From: Bispira polyomma
Lineage: Eukaryota
DNA: 64,000 bases
Reading direction: 5' to 3'
Assembly (NCBI GenBank): GCA_965649765.1
Contig: OZ287751.1
Location: forward strand, 40,610,001-40,674,000
Shown here: positions 39,588-52,587 of the stretch, in pieces
Position numbering within the stretch: position 1 is the stretch's first letter
How the letters are laid out: each line of letters opens with the position of its first letter
Translations under genes and position numbers: made by a program
Notes under the pieces: model-generated
What the model was told of the DNA's origin: nothing
What the model saw: only the letters and a program-made list of their open reading frames with translations
The model's database searches: none

Positions 39588-41178
39588 ATGCCTAAAGTCA
39601 AGGTATATGGTTGTACCAAGTGTCTCACGAGGCACACTCGTCTGGTTGGCAGTAAATGCCAGGTTGGGTTGTCCGAAGATTTGATCACAGAAGCGACTGT
39701 ATCCGATGAGGAAACTGTTGAGACTAGTCCGGTTGGCGTTGATAGTTTGGTCGTGGTTTCGGGACAAATATTAGCACAACTTCAGGCTATGGGCCAGTTG
39801 ATGGAAAAACTTGACCAGCGAGTGTCAGTAACGGAAACCACTCTAGCATCAAACGTGGCTAAAACACACGTGGCTGCGGCTACTGCTTCCAGTAACAATT
39901 CTGCCAGCTCGAGTGAGGAAATAACAAGTATTGAGAACACTGTTGTCCCGAGTGTACAGTTTTTAAAACAGAGCACTAGCATTCAGAACCAAGTTGAGTT
40001 AAGGCTAGCCGAGCTCGCACACCTCAACGAGAACCCGGTTAAAGGTAAGATCAAGTTTCAAAAAGGGGGGGGGGGGGGGTGTTGATGTAATAGTGAAGCG
40101 TGTGGTTGAATGGCCTCAAAATCATGTCCTCTCCGGAAATTTTAAAGCTAGACCGTGTTATGATGACTTAGCTCTGAACCAGTGGGTCTGCGGATTCACG
40201 CGTATAATACAATACAAGAAATCCCCCGAAACCAAAGAGATCATGTTTGACTACATGGCCGGACTGATGGAGGACTCCCAGGATTTTTCCTGGGAGGCCG
40301 GCAAAGCCTGCCATGCGGTTGTACTCACAACCTTGGAAATGGACAAACTTAAATGGAGCGACGTCGTCAAAATTGACCGGCTTAGGCGGGCACATGCGCA
40401 GAGGCATGGCTCTGGCAGTGGTAGCTCCCAGGGTTCACTTGCAAAGGGCGTTGGGAAGAATCAAACGTTTACTAAGTCGGGTACAGCTAATTGCAAATTT
40501 TTTCAAGATGGGTCTTGTAAGTACCCCAGTAGTCAAAAAACAGGCACCACTTTTTTTAAGCATGTGTGTGAATCCTGTAGTGGAGCTCACAAAACCACCA
40601 ACTGTAGTAGAAAATCAGCAAAAACTAAGGGGCACTGCAGAAATGCAGTGGCTGAGAATTTTGTCCATAGTGGACAGTTTTACAAGACTGATTTTCAGGA
40701 CTTCCATTTGTTCAGCAGACCTGCTAGTATCAATTCGCATGTAAATAAAAGTAGTAGGGCGAATAAATGTAGTTACAGCGAGGTATTGAATCGAACACGG
40801 GGTCCTGACACAGCAAACAAAAGTCTCTTAAGTACAAAGTGCCCCCCTAGGGATAATTTCAATGGTACACAGCAGGCCAGGCGGGGTAAACATTTCAAGG
40901 CCGGTGTTAAAACTAATTGTCGCAAACTCATTGTACCCTATAAGTTCACCTCACACAGTACCACCCTGCACAAAGGCAAAACTAGTGGGAAAAACACTGT
41001 ACAGGGGGAAACTGAGGGCAAACTTGTGAAAGCTGTTATTGAAGATACAAAGGCACATGTGAATGCAAGCAATGACTTCACTGGGGTCCCTGTTTACAAT
41101 AGATTCGAAGTGCTACAAGATATAGACCAAATTGACATTAATGTCTCAGAGAATCCCATTGGGTTCTACTGTGTGTAA
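39588..41178 (+). pseudogene. Gag-like ORF1 of the YR retrotransposon, frameshifted at a poly-G run (~40064-40079)
   Basis: ATG 39588 MPKVKVYGCTKCLTRH...C. After the G-run: VKRVVEWPQN...WEAGKACHAVVL...W and a C-terminal Cys/His knuckle CKFFQDGSC...HVCESCSGAHKTTNC, then a low-complexity extension. Confidence 0.8.
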
Positions 41179-43119
41179 TCAAAGAAATTATGCAAAAAGG
41201 GCTTGTAAAACAGGTTCTGTGAGAAACGTTAAGGCTCTTACAGCTACAACGGCTCCTTGTAGAAGCACTGACACTGATAATATTACAGAAAGTGTTGAAA
41301 CTGACAAGTATGCTTTTGAGCTGAAGCAGAAGGTAAATAAAAGGGAACTGTTGGACAGAGCAAAAACTTGTGAAACCTACCGTGCTTGGCGTGCTCAAAA
41401 TAAAGTGGCCTATGGCTTCACACCACTGTCAGACTTGGGCTGTAGGGTGTGGGACCATGGCTCTGTAAATTACAGCTCTGACATTTTAAAGATGCATAAA
41501 TTACTGCGGGAGGATGGCAGACAAAATTTCAAAGATTTGCAAATACCGGTCCTTTCGCAGCTAAAACCCGAAAAGTGGGTTCGGTATCTTAAGAATTACT
41601 GGGATTGGCAGTTACCGTTACTTATTAAGTACGGCTTTCCCCTCGATGTCAGTCGTGATAACATTGATCAGTCACATGAAGAAAACCACAAATCTGCCAT
41701 TGACTATCCCCAACACGTGGACACTTATTTTACTGAGGAATGCAAGTTCGGTGCCATACTGGGTCCGTTTGCCAACCCCCTATAGATAACATGCACTTTT
41801 CACCCATCATGACGCGCAATAAGTCCAGCTCAGCCAACAGAAGGGTCATTGTAGACCTCAGCTGGCCTATTGGTCGGTCCATTAATGCAGGGGCTTCCAC
41901 TTCTAAGTATCTGGGGACAGAATTTTTGTTGTCCTATCCTTTGGTGGATAATGTAACTAGGGAAGTGGCAGAGCTGGGCAGAGGTTGTCACATTTTTAAA
42001 GTAGATATAAGTCGCGCATTCAGGCACATGCCTATAGACCCGGGGGATGTGGATTTGCTTGGTTTAAAGTGGGGGTCCTATTATCTGGACAGATCCCTAC
42101 CCTTCGGATATCAGAATGGGTCCACAATCTTTCAGCGAATTTCTGACTCGGTCAGATATATTATGGCACAGGAAGGCTTCCATATATACGCTTATATCGA
42201 CGATTATCTTTGCGCTGCTCTCCCCAGTAAAATTGGGAAAATATATAACAGATTACAGGCTCTGCTGACAGAATTGGGCCTGACGGTCAGTCTCAAAAAA
42301 CTTGTTCCTCCCAGTACTGAGGTTATTTGCCTAGGTATTTTGATAAACACTGATACTTTTACAACTTCTATTCCAGCGGAGAAATTGGAGGAGATCAGAG
42401 CATTATGTAAGCACTGGGAGGGTAAGAGTAATTGTACCAAGAGAGAATTGCAATCACTGCTGAGGTCCCTTCTGTATGTGTCGAAATGCATAAAATATTC
42501 TCGGGTATACTTAAACCGCATGTTGCAAATGTTGAGGGATAATCATAGCAAGAAACACTTCCCTATCAGTAAGGACTTTAAGAGAGATCTCCAGTGGTTC
42601 CTCACGTTCATGCAGCAGTTTAATGGTATCAGTTTCTTTGCTCATAGACCAACACATGCCCAGATTGAGCTGGATGCTTGCCTGACTGGGATGGGGGGTA
42701 TCTATGATAACCAAGTCTATAAGCTTAATATTCCGTCGGACATGTCTCAGGACAATATAGCGTCCTTGGAAATGCTCAATATCCTTGTAGCCTTAAGATT
42801 TTGGGCTTCGTCCTGGCAGGGCAAGCGTGTACTTTTCAAGTGCGACAACCAGGCCGTTGTCAGTGTGTTGACCAATGGTCGCACACAAGACCCACTTTTG
42901 GCAACTTACTCTAGGAATATATATATGATAGCCAGTCAGTTTGACATCGACCTAAGAGTGATTCACATACTTAAAAATAAAGTGGCTGATTTATTATCCA
43001 GATGGGACAAGACTAAGGACAATTTCAGACTGCTGCATGAATGGGTGGGCCCAGTAGTATGGATTCCCACACACAAAGACCTGCTAAATGTTGATACTAC
43101 CATAGAGCATGTATATTAA
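41132..43119 (+). pseudogene. Pol (reverse transcriptase + RNase H) of the YR retrotransposon, one frameshift near 41775
   Basis: YGFPL...NHKSA...GPF | SPIMTRNK...RRVIVDLS, KVDISRAFR, LPFG, YIDD, CLGI, then RNase H D-E-D-D motifs. Confidence 0.93.
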
Positions 43120-43156
43120 TTTTTTTTTTTCTCTCTCTCTTTATATTTTATATTAG

Positions 43157-44058
43157 ATTCAAATCCAGTGGGTGCATTGCTTACCAAGTTGGCTTGTAAC
43201 AGACTGCACACAGCTTTTGCTGCTTCTACCTGGAACGCCTACAGCAGCATGTTCAGGCTTTTTCTGGCATTCAACATCTTCATGGATTGGCAAATAAATC
43301 AGGTGAATGCGTCCCAGTTACTTGCCTACTTGGAGTTTCTAAATTTTAACGGTGTGGCTCCTGATTGAGATTTTTTCTGATCCCAGAATGGCCTATTATA
43401 TAAAGGCCCTACTGGTCAATAGACTTCTTAAGGTCAACCTAAAAAGTCTCTTCGACATCCCCCTGCTCTTGAACCTCATGGAGAAATTTTTAAAGCTGTA
43501 TATCTTACCAGTTTCTTCAATTTTCTCCGACTCTCTAACTTGTGTCCGCATTCTGTGGCTGGATTTTCACATCTGAAACACCTGGCCAGGGGGGACGTCA
43601 TGTTCAAGCCTGGTTATGTTATCATACTGGTTAAATGGACCAAAATAATGCAGAAATAAGACTCGGTTAGGTTGCTTTCCCTTCCTGCTTTACCAGGTTC
43701 TATTCTATGTCCAGTAAAGGCTATCAGGGCTGCCTTGGCTCTTGCCCCCCCTGGCCCTAATGCTCCCCTGTTTCAATACAAACTCAATTCCACCTGGATC
43801 CCTCTGACGGACTCCCGTGTTCGTAGCCACTTAAAGAACGTCCTTCAGTCGCTAAAGTTAGACAATTCCAATCTCACTTTTCATGCTTTCCGACGATCAG
43901 GTGCCACGTTCGCCTTCAATAACAATGTTCCCTTACAGGACATTCAGCGTCATGGCACCTGGACGTCAGATTGTGTCTGGCGTTATATCACTGACTCAGC
44001 TCAGGTTGGCACCCAGGTGGCTGACTCCTTCCAGGTGGCTATACAACGTCTACACTAA
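43157..44058 (+). pseudogene. Tyrosine recombinase of the retrotransposon, fragmented
   Basis: N-terminal AFAASTWNAY...F...F; FLRLSNL (catalytic R), KWTK, CPV, HAFRRSGAT and HGTWTSDCVWRY. Frameshifts and a stop near 43656. Confidence 0.9.
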
Positions 44059-44279
44059 CTTGGTATTTGGTGGTCTGGGACAATTCATGTCCCCTGTGTA
44101 TGACAGAAAATGTTTTTCAACAAACATAAATACATTTGTTTGGGGCATAAGGTAACCTTACATTTGGCTAGTACATAATGTACTCATCCGAATTTTCTAA
44201 AACCCTAATATAATTTCAGTGAATGAATTAATGCTTTTACACTAAAATGTTAAACTTAACTTTATTCAAATTATCACTT

Positions 44280-44515
44280 AGCTTATGGTAACCTCAAACT
44301 TTGCAAAAAATTATTTTCCTGATTTATGGTTACCTTAAGCACTTATGGTGCACTTTATGGTCACCTGAATTTATGGTTTCCTTAACCAGTTTATGGTAAC
44401 CTCAAACTTCAAATTATATTCCTCTTTATGGTTACCTGAAGCACCCATGGTATTTTATATGGTTACCTTAATTTATGGTTACCTTAAAATATTTGTCCAC
44501 TTTATGGTTACCTCA
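44280..44515. repeat. Cluster of ~10 ttatggtNacct motifs in the 3' region of the YR element
   Basis: ttatggt(a/t/c)acct at about 44283, 44323, 44354, 44390, 44425, 44457, 44472 and 44500, plus degenerate copies. Confidence 0.85.
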
Positions 44516-45532
44516 TGCCCCCCCTTCAAACTTAACTGTACATAGTAAATGTTAGCCTAATCTTTTACTAATAAAGGATTGTACCGCAATTGTTTCCTGT
44601 GTTCATAAGTAAACTCAACTCACTTATATGTAACTGGCCTAAAGGAACTGTTGAACAATCGATGGATATATGTAAAACAAACCTTTTTAAAAAATTAAAT
44701 GCCGATTATTTATTCAAAGCTCAGAATTTACTGGATATGAACATTTCATAAAAAAATATGTTAAGAAAACCTATTTTATTGTCATTACTCTGCTGTTTTT
44801 TGCATTAAACTTGGTTAAGATTATTAAATCTTTTCATTACAGGTACCCACTCAGGCCTGCATCAAGGATCTATCCTTTGACCCTCTGCTTCAAAGGTAAA
44901 CACTCTGACCACTAGACCACAGAGACCAATTGATATTTAACATGAATATTGTGGTATACGTGTATTAACTATTTCGTGACTGGGGAAATAGTATTCCCAT
45001 TGACTGACTGCGAGGAACTGAAGAAAAATAAACCAATGATTTTGAGGTGTCGTGTCCTGGACAACAAGATAGGTGTTGAAAGATTTATATTCAGCTAAAC
45101 ACAGAGTAGGATTTAACCCTTGCAGAACTACTATATCATTTCCTTATGCATAAAATGGCATGTTAAGAGGCATCGGTGTCTAATAACTGACTGAAAAGAG
45201 GATGACTATTAACTTCTTTAGTCTGCAACTGGGTATAGAACTCAATGCCAGAAGACTGCCATTTGAAGCCACTATGTATCTGTCTACACCTGGGTGTCAA
45301 GGCTGGGATCGAACCCAGGTCTTCTGTGTTCTCGAAGCCACAGTGCCAAATAATAGATGTTAGCTACATGTTGCATAGAAACCCAAACTACAGTTTATTA
45401 TTACAAAACTAGTACTATAATGCCTGCCATAATTTGAATCATAAATTTTTTGAAAGAGGCTTTAGTCTTAAGTCAAATGAAAAAAAAATATTTTAGTCGA
45501 TAGTACATTAGAGTATATTATAGTATTAGAGT

Positions 45533-45850
45533 ATATTATTATTATTATGCATTTTAACGTGCTTTATTGATGCTAGGCATCTTCTAAAGTGCAAGAGCAG
45601 GATCAGTGAGCCAATCATGTGAGCCATGGACAAAGTGGACAAAGCAAAGTCACAAGGAAGGATGTGTGGGTGTACAAGAGGGAAACTATGGTTGGAAGGC
45701 CAGGTTAAAAAGATAGGTTTTGAGGTTTCTCCTAAAACCAATAAGTGTGTCCGATGATCTAAGGTCGACTGGAAGACTGTTGCATAACAAGGGAGCTGCA
45801 ATTGAAAAAGCTCTGGATCTAGCCTTCCTGGAGGGTTATTGTTAGGGACT
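45533..45850 (-). mobile_element. L2-like LINE 3' end
   Basis: FSIAAPLLCNSLPVDLRSSDTLIGFRRNLKTYLF on the minus strand, with a (taa)n tail. Confidence 0.75.
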
Positions 45851-48800
45851 GCAGAGTAAAACCTTCATCTTAGCTGATAGGAGATATTTTTGGTCGAAGA
45901 AGAAATACGAAAAACAGATCAAATATTTGATATTTTCAAGTGATTGCTTGCTTTGTGAATACTTTGAAATTTTTCTGAACTTTAATATCAGTATATAAGT
46001 GTATACAGATGTAAATAATATTCTGTGTTATTATAAATAAAACAATATAAAGTTAGCCTCCTTTTATGAATACCATTTAAACCCAAAATTTAGCTAAGAC
46101 TAACAGTTAAGACTGGACTTAGCCTAAGTTTTGGCTCTAAGTCTGAGAACTTTTGTGATTACTGCACCTGTGAAAATCTTCATATATGTAAAAACGTTAG
46201 TTTAGATACTAGTATTTATGAATGAAATTTTATAAGGCTTTTGAAACACTAAAACTTGAGTTTTAAGTCATGACACGGTGCAGTATTCAGAAAAAGGTTT
46301 AGTCTAGACATTGTCCTAAATCTAACACAAAAGTAGTAGAATCTATTTTAGATCTAAGACAAATTTTTGGCTTAGACCTTTTCTGAATACGCCCCGAATT
46401 TATTAAAATCTTGGTCATTTAATTTTATGTAAAATCTTAGCCAAAATTATCATCATTTTATGTAAAATCTTAGCCAAAATTATCATTTTTATTTTGTTTT
46501 TCTTTGCTTTGGAAACTAAAAAATATATATAAGGCAATTTTTAATAAATTACAAAATTACTTATTCCCGGACAAAGTGGCTGAATAGATTTCTGGTGGAT
46601 TTACATTGTTTATGTTTACATTATTGATTATGCAATACTTAAAGGCGAGAAGCTATAAGAAAAACAGTTTTTTTTTTTAATATAAAATATACTCAAAAAT
46701 TGCAGGAACATACCATAATTTTATTCTGCATTCTATCTAAGAATGTGTATATCTAGTGCCAAGACTATCTATAAAAGACTGTTTACTGACAAGTCAGATT
46801 GATTTTCTTATTATACAATTATAAATCTAATTTATATTATTAATAATACACTGTTAGATTCATACAGATTCAATGTATTATTCCATAAAAAACATGCGGT
46901 ATACATTGTCATTAAAGTGTGACGGTGGCTTTATTACTACCGTTTAATATAATCAAATAAATATATAAAGAAGCATTCTTAATTTAATTTAAAAAATGTT
47001 TTCATTTTTGTTGGGTTTTTGTAATAGATTAAAGGTCCTCGTACACTATTAAGTTTACATAATGTGGTACCTCTTGGTGTTTATCTGTATAATATTTAAA
47101 ACACTTCTTTTACAAAATCTATTTCAATTCTAAATTGTATTGAATATTTTACCTTTTTCATGACCAAAAAAGGTCAATTGATGATATCGTTTGTCAATAT
47201 TTTTTTCAATTTGCAGTAAAATCTTTCATTATAAGACACATATATATAAATGTTCTTTTTATCAGGTAAATTAATACAAAAACTGATAGTGGACTGACTT
47301 TTCGCTGGACGTAAATTAAGGCTGATTATTGAGAGCTATAGATATATACGTGAACAAATCGTATAGTCAAATATCTACCAATTAGTCTAATAAGAATATT
47401 ATGTAGGCCCCAGTCTATAGCTATTGATCTATTATTATTGAACAAAATGTTCTTGTTTGCAGTACTGGCTAAAAAAGGTAATGCCAGCACAGCCGATAGA
47501 TTAAACCAAAACTGCCTATTCATGGTAAATTTAATGGCTGAAACTAGTAAAAGAAAGGGGGTAACCTACATTTATAAACAAAGAAGTATTGCATATATAT
47601 TTCATTTTATTTTACTTGAATAATTCTGAAGATAATTTTATTTATCTCACATTAAAATGAGTTTATTGCAGGTTTTGGGGTTGTTGTTTTGTTGTTATTT
47701 TTGTTTTTGGGTATACAGAAGTATATTATCGTCTGCTGGTCAAATGAAGATGGGACCTGGAGCTGGAAATCAAATAGAATTGCGCTGTGTTCGTCCATCC
47801 GTTCACCCAATTGGCCATTTATGGCATTTTTCTAATTATACAGCCAAAGTATTTGATATATTCTTCATGATATTATGTATATGGGTCCTTATCATGTTGA
47901 TAAAATGTATGATACAAGTTTTCCTTCAAATCAGAAAAACAAGATGGCCGTCATGGTGATTTTTTTTTCAAATATAGTCTTTGGTCATTTACAGCCGAAG
48001 TACTTGAGCTAGAATTGCCCAATTTCATATGGAGGAATGTAATATGGGCCAAAATTGAATTTTTTAATATTTTTGCAGCCATCTTAAAAATATATTACTT
48101 TATTTCAGAAATGGTAACAGATAGATAATATTTTTGGTGGCATTTTTTAATTTTATACAATTTTCATAAAATGGCTAATGTCTCGGAAACAGTTATAGAT
48201 ATTGTGCCTTTGTGAGTCAATCTTAAATCGCCAAAATTTGAATATAGAAATTTTGGTGGCTATCTTGAGGCTTTTTCGATTTTCCTAAAATGGTAAATAT
48301 CTTTATAACACCAATATCTGAAGCATACCACAAGTAAAGTGTTTAATAAACACCTACCCACAGGGGGATCATCAAAATCTTTGATTGTCCTGGTTGAATT
48401 TATTAGAAGGTATTCTGGCCATACAAATGATATTGCTTCGACAGAAGGACCTCTTGGAAACAACTTGCATTGGAAACAGACTATGATTTTTAACAACTGT
48501 ATTAACAAAGTTACACTTTAGATGTTTTATATTAATTAGGCGTTCAATTATCTTTCATATCTTATCAAAATATGTATTTGAGAATGCCTATGTCCAAGTT
48601 AACTTACCCAATCTGCACTTGTGTGGTTGATATGGTACTTTAAGCTTCATGTATTATGAGGTGGATTTCTAAGCAAGTTCATAGGCATATCTATTAATAT
48701 ATACAGATAACTGGATTGTGACACCGGTATCAAATTGAAGGAGACCCACTAGTTGCTAATAATAGAACATGCGCTCTATCACACTATGTCATTATTGTCA

Positions 48801-50626
48801 ACTAACTTGAAGTGGGTGGTAATTTTAAACCAACTATAACTAACCTAACACTAACTGTAACATAGTGCAAGTCATTCAAAATTAATTAAACTTGATATGT
48901 ATAATTAATTAAACTTTTAATGTATAAACTCTGTTTAGCTTAACTGAAGATCATCAGCATACTGTCATATAAAGCAAATAAACCAGAATTAGTAACTCTA
49001 TTTCACACATTAGACCACTACACTAAGCAGTTCCTACGGTAAACATACCCTTTGTATTTGATGTCCTGGATATAATACCATACAGTACTTGAGACACTTC
49101 ACTTTCGACTTTTCTTCAAAGACATCAAGTATTATAACCTCTTTTTGTAAGTGATAACAAGAACACAGAATGGCCTTATACCTTCCACTTTTTAATCATA
49201 TTTCACAATGTAGTTTATTGTGGCATATAATTAACCTTTGATATATGGTTTTATTGACAGAAAAAAGTTGTTAAAAAATTAGCCAAACACTTTGATGCCC
49301 TATGGATATACTACACATACAAAGATAGATTCCATACTGTATAACTTGTAATCAGGCTGACATAAAAATTCAATTTATTTACTATTTTAATGCATTTAGT
49401 TTAAAGTTTAAATAATAAAATTTTGAATCAGACAGGCATTGCTTTTGTGGGCTTAAACTCCATTTCATCTTCTAAACTTCGGTAGATACCTTTATATCCA
49501 AATTCCATTATCCAAATATTCTATTTCATAAACATATTTCCAATCCCCCAAACTTATGTTTTTCTATTGTTTTATATTGAAAAGACCATTATTCCAGACA
49601 AATGATCTTAAGTGTGGGTGCCCATCTTTTATATTCATGTTTTCAGATATACTAAAATTTATAACATTAGAAATCCAGGGTAGTATCCACCAATATGCTC
49701 AAAATAGAATTTTTAGTATTTTTAGATGTTTTTAGTACCAGCAAATCAGATTCTTCAAAACACTATCCCCTGCCAATCAAATTGTTGTTACTATTGGTTC
49801 TACTTTCTCATTTGATACACACATCAGTAACATATGATGGTAACTATCACATTTGTGATGTTAATATAATCAGAAATTACTAGTCACTGGATATTGCTAA
49901 TACTGTGGCTAATTCCCTTGTAACTAGCCACCTCGTCTACTGCAATTTCTTTCAATTTGCGGTAAAAACACCTTTTACATTAATAAGTAACAGTCCATTC
50001 AAAACTATCTATGTGTGTGTGAAGTGATTTTTTTGTGACTGGTTATCCCTACTGATGTTTCTCCATATCTCCAAAAATTCCATTAACTTTCTACTCATTA
50101 TTGAATTATCATTATTGAATTATCTTTAAAACCATGTCACGACTTTCAAAGCTGTTGTCTCTCAACAACCACCCTACTCGTTTTTCCTTTATTAACCTCA
50201 GGAGAGGAAACATACTTTGTTCAATCCACCAAAAGGGCTGGATGTTGAGTTTTCTCAATTGTTGCCCCTCTGTTTTGTAATAGTCTAACAGTTGAATTAA
50301 GATCACTAGAAACACTTTATGGGTTTAAGTCAAAACCAAAAACCTATCTCTTCAAACTCGATTCCACCCACCCCCTTAGTTCTCTTCTTGTACATCCAAC
50401 ATCTTTCCTTACGACCCTGGCTATGTTTTAGACTTATCTATTAGTTAAATAATTCTGTTGTTATGCTTTAAAAGATCGCATTCACATCAATGAGGTGCAT
50501 CATAAGAATTTAAAAAAATACAATATATGTTTATGTAGAGCTATTTACAATTGGGGTAAAGTATCTTTTGACGAAACATACTATGCAGACTGTGTGACCA
50601 TTAAGCCTTCTTCATATATGTAATAC

Positions 50627-50868
50627 CCTAGCGGTTAGCAAGCATTGCGCTTCACAATCACTGGTCTCTCACCTCTGGGTGGCGTGAGTTCGACTCCCGT
50701 CTATGCCTATGTGGGAAAGGTGGTAGTTCCTTACTGTGGGCCGTTGGTTTCAGTGCAGAACCTTGATCAACTGTATGCAGTGTTTCCTACAGTGTTTCCA
50801 ACTACCCGTCCCAATATAACCTAAACAGGTACTAGAGTGAACATTAAATATCCCAATTCAAATTCAAA
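50627..50868 (+). mobile_element. tRNA-derived SINE, copy A, slightly 5'-truncated, with TSD
   Basis: cctagcggttagc (A-box) ... gagttcgactccc (B-box); (aaattc)n tail. TSD ttcatatatgtaatac (50611-26) / ttcatatttgtaatac (50869-84). Confidence 0.85.
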
Positions 50869-52223
50869 TTCATATTTGTAATACACAAAGCAAGATGTCA
50901 TATAGTAAAGAGAAGTAGCAGTTTTTGTCATAACCCCAACATTTAAGGTAGGTTTTTAACCCACATCGACTACACCTACTTCTCTATCCATATTCAAGAT
51001 GGCTGACATAACAACAATACATTTCATTGTCACTTTATACAGTGATTTCTTTATTTAAATTTCTCTCTTACTTTTCTATGTATTTTCTCAAACTGGTTCA
51101 GAAAATTGATACTTTTATTACTGATTTGTTTTATCTTTGGTATAGTTATAAATATAGATACTTCATTGATTATATTTCTACGAGTACTTAGTCGTTTTCT
51201 CTTTTATTTTTTTAACACAGATTAATAGACAGAGAGATTAATATTAATAGAAATTAAAAAGAAAACAGGCCATATACTGTAAACACCACATAAACCAGAA
51301 GATTTTGCATATGGAAAGTATAACTATTCAAAATAAATGTAATCTTTTTTTAAATTATTTATTTAAAAAAATCTCAATGTATTCAGTTTAGAAATGAAGG
51401 CCCAGATCATTTCTTATCGGATCTTAATTCATTGGAATTACACATATAGAAGTAAGAACAGGAGAGAATGTGAGTCATATCACATTTCATTGTCCTTTAT
51501 CAGTGTGTCAATGTTGTTGGATCCTAGTAACTATACATAAAACACAAATTTATAATCCTGTTCTTAAAAAAGACCCAGGTAACTTAAACCAGACTTTATC
51601 CTCCATATTATATATATAATTTTTTAAAATGACTCCATTGCAACATACATAAAGTTCATGTCAAAAAAAATTGTCTTCTCCCTTTGTATATGACACTTAA
51701 TTTTTAATACATTATTTTAATTAATTCTTACTATTTGATCAATAACTTAATCTTTAAAGTGATTTCTTCGCCAGTTTTAGTTTACCATGTATAAATCAGC
51801 AGTTATAGCCAGCATGTCCTTCAATGCTCGTTATCTCTGTAGTATACAATACACACATTATCTTATGTAAATATATGTATATGTTGACGATAAGAATCAG
51901 CTAATAAGTATGTTGCACAACAAAGACTGCTTAGATAAGGGATAAAAAGACCCTACAATATTTAATACTAGAGGATGTGCTTGATGAAAATAAAAAAAAA
52001 ATCTTTGTGACAGTGTTCTTTAGCCGTGTTCTTTAGGTTTTTTTATTTGTTTTTTTTCCTGCATAGGACACAGTATCTTACGGAGCCCGTGTTAGGACAT
52101 CAATCTATCTTTTCCTCTTTTTTATCATCTTTTGCTTACCAGATAATTAAAATAAAGTGTTAAGTGCCAAATCGAAATGAAATAAGTTGTGTACACAAGA
52201 TGATGTCGTGAGCATGACTTACC

Positions 52224-52587
52224 ATTATTATTATTATTATTAAATGATTTACATAGAGCTTTTTTGATATGGCATCCCCTAAAGCAAATAGTCCTACAAC
52301 ATTGCCTGTAGGCAATCAGTAGGCATCAGTAGGCAATGACATGTTCACATCTTGCACAAGGATGTTATCCCACTACTGAACCTAGGGGCTTCAGCGGGAG
52401 TTACACAGGGTACCTTCCGATCACCAGACCCTTTTCCCCCACTGAAACAAGCGGCCCACAGTAAGGAACTACCACCTTTCCCACATAGGCATCGATGGGA
52501 GTCGTACCCACGCCAGCCTATCCCAGAGGTGAGAGACCAGTGATTGTAAAGTGCAATGCTTGCTAATCACTAGGCCACCGCGGCCCC
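52224..52587 (-). mobile_element. tRNA-derived SINE, copy B: same head as copy A, different tail
   Basis: Minus strand ggggccgcggtggcctagtgattagcaagcattgc...gcctatgtgggaaaggtggtagttccttactgtgggccg, then an unrelated 3' part ending gctctatgtaaat...(taa)n. Confidence 0.8.

Larger units (their letters stand above)
38965..44620 (+). mobile_element. Tyrosine-recombinase retrotransposon (DIRS order, Ngaro-like): gag, RT/RNase H, YR; degenerate copy
   Basis: Ordered gag, RT (YIDD), RNase H (ELDAC...LEMLN...CDN...ADLLSR) and YR (HAFRRSGAT...HGTWTSDCVWRY). No methyltransferase domain seen. Boundaries are approximate. Confidence 0.92.

Noticed and set aside
40610-40640. Programmed -1 frameshift at gcaaaaactaa between gag and pol
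   Set aside because: The run has five As, so it is not an A_AAA_AAC heptamer, and the alternative frame closes at 40744. It cannot be supported from one degenerate copy.
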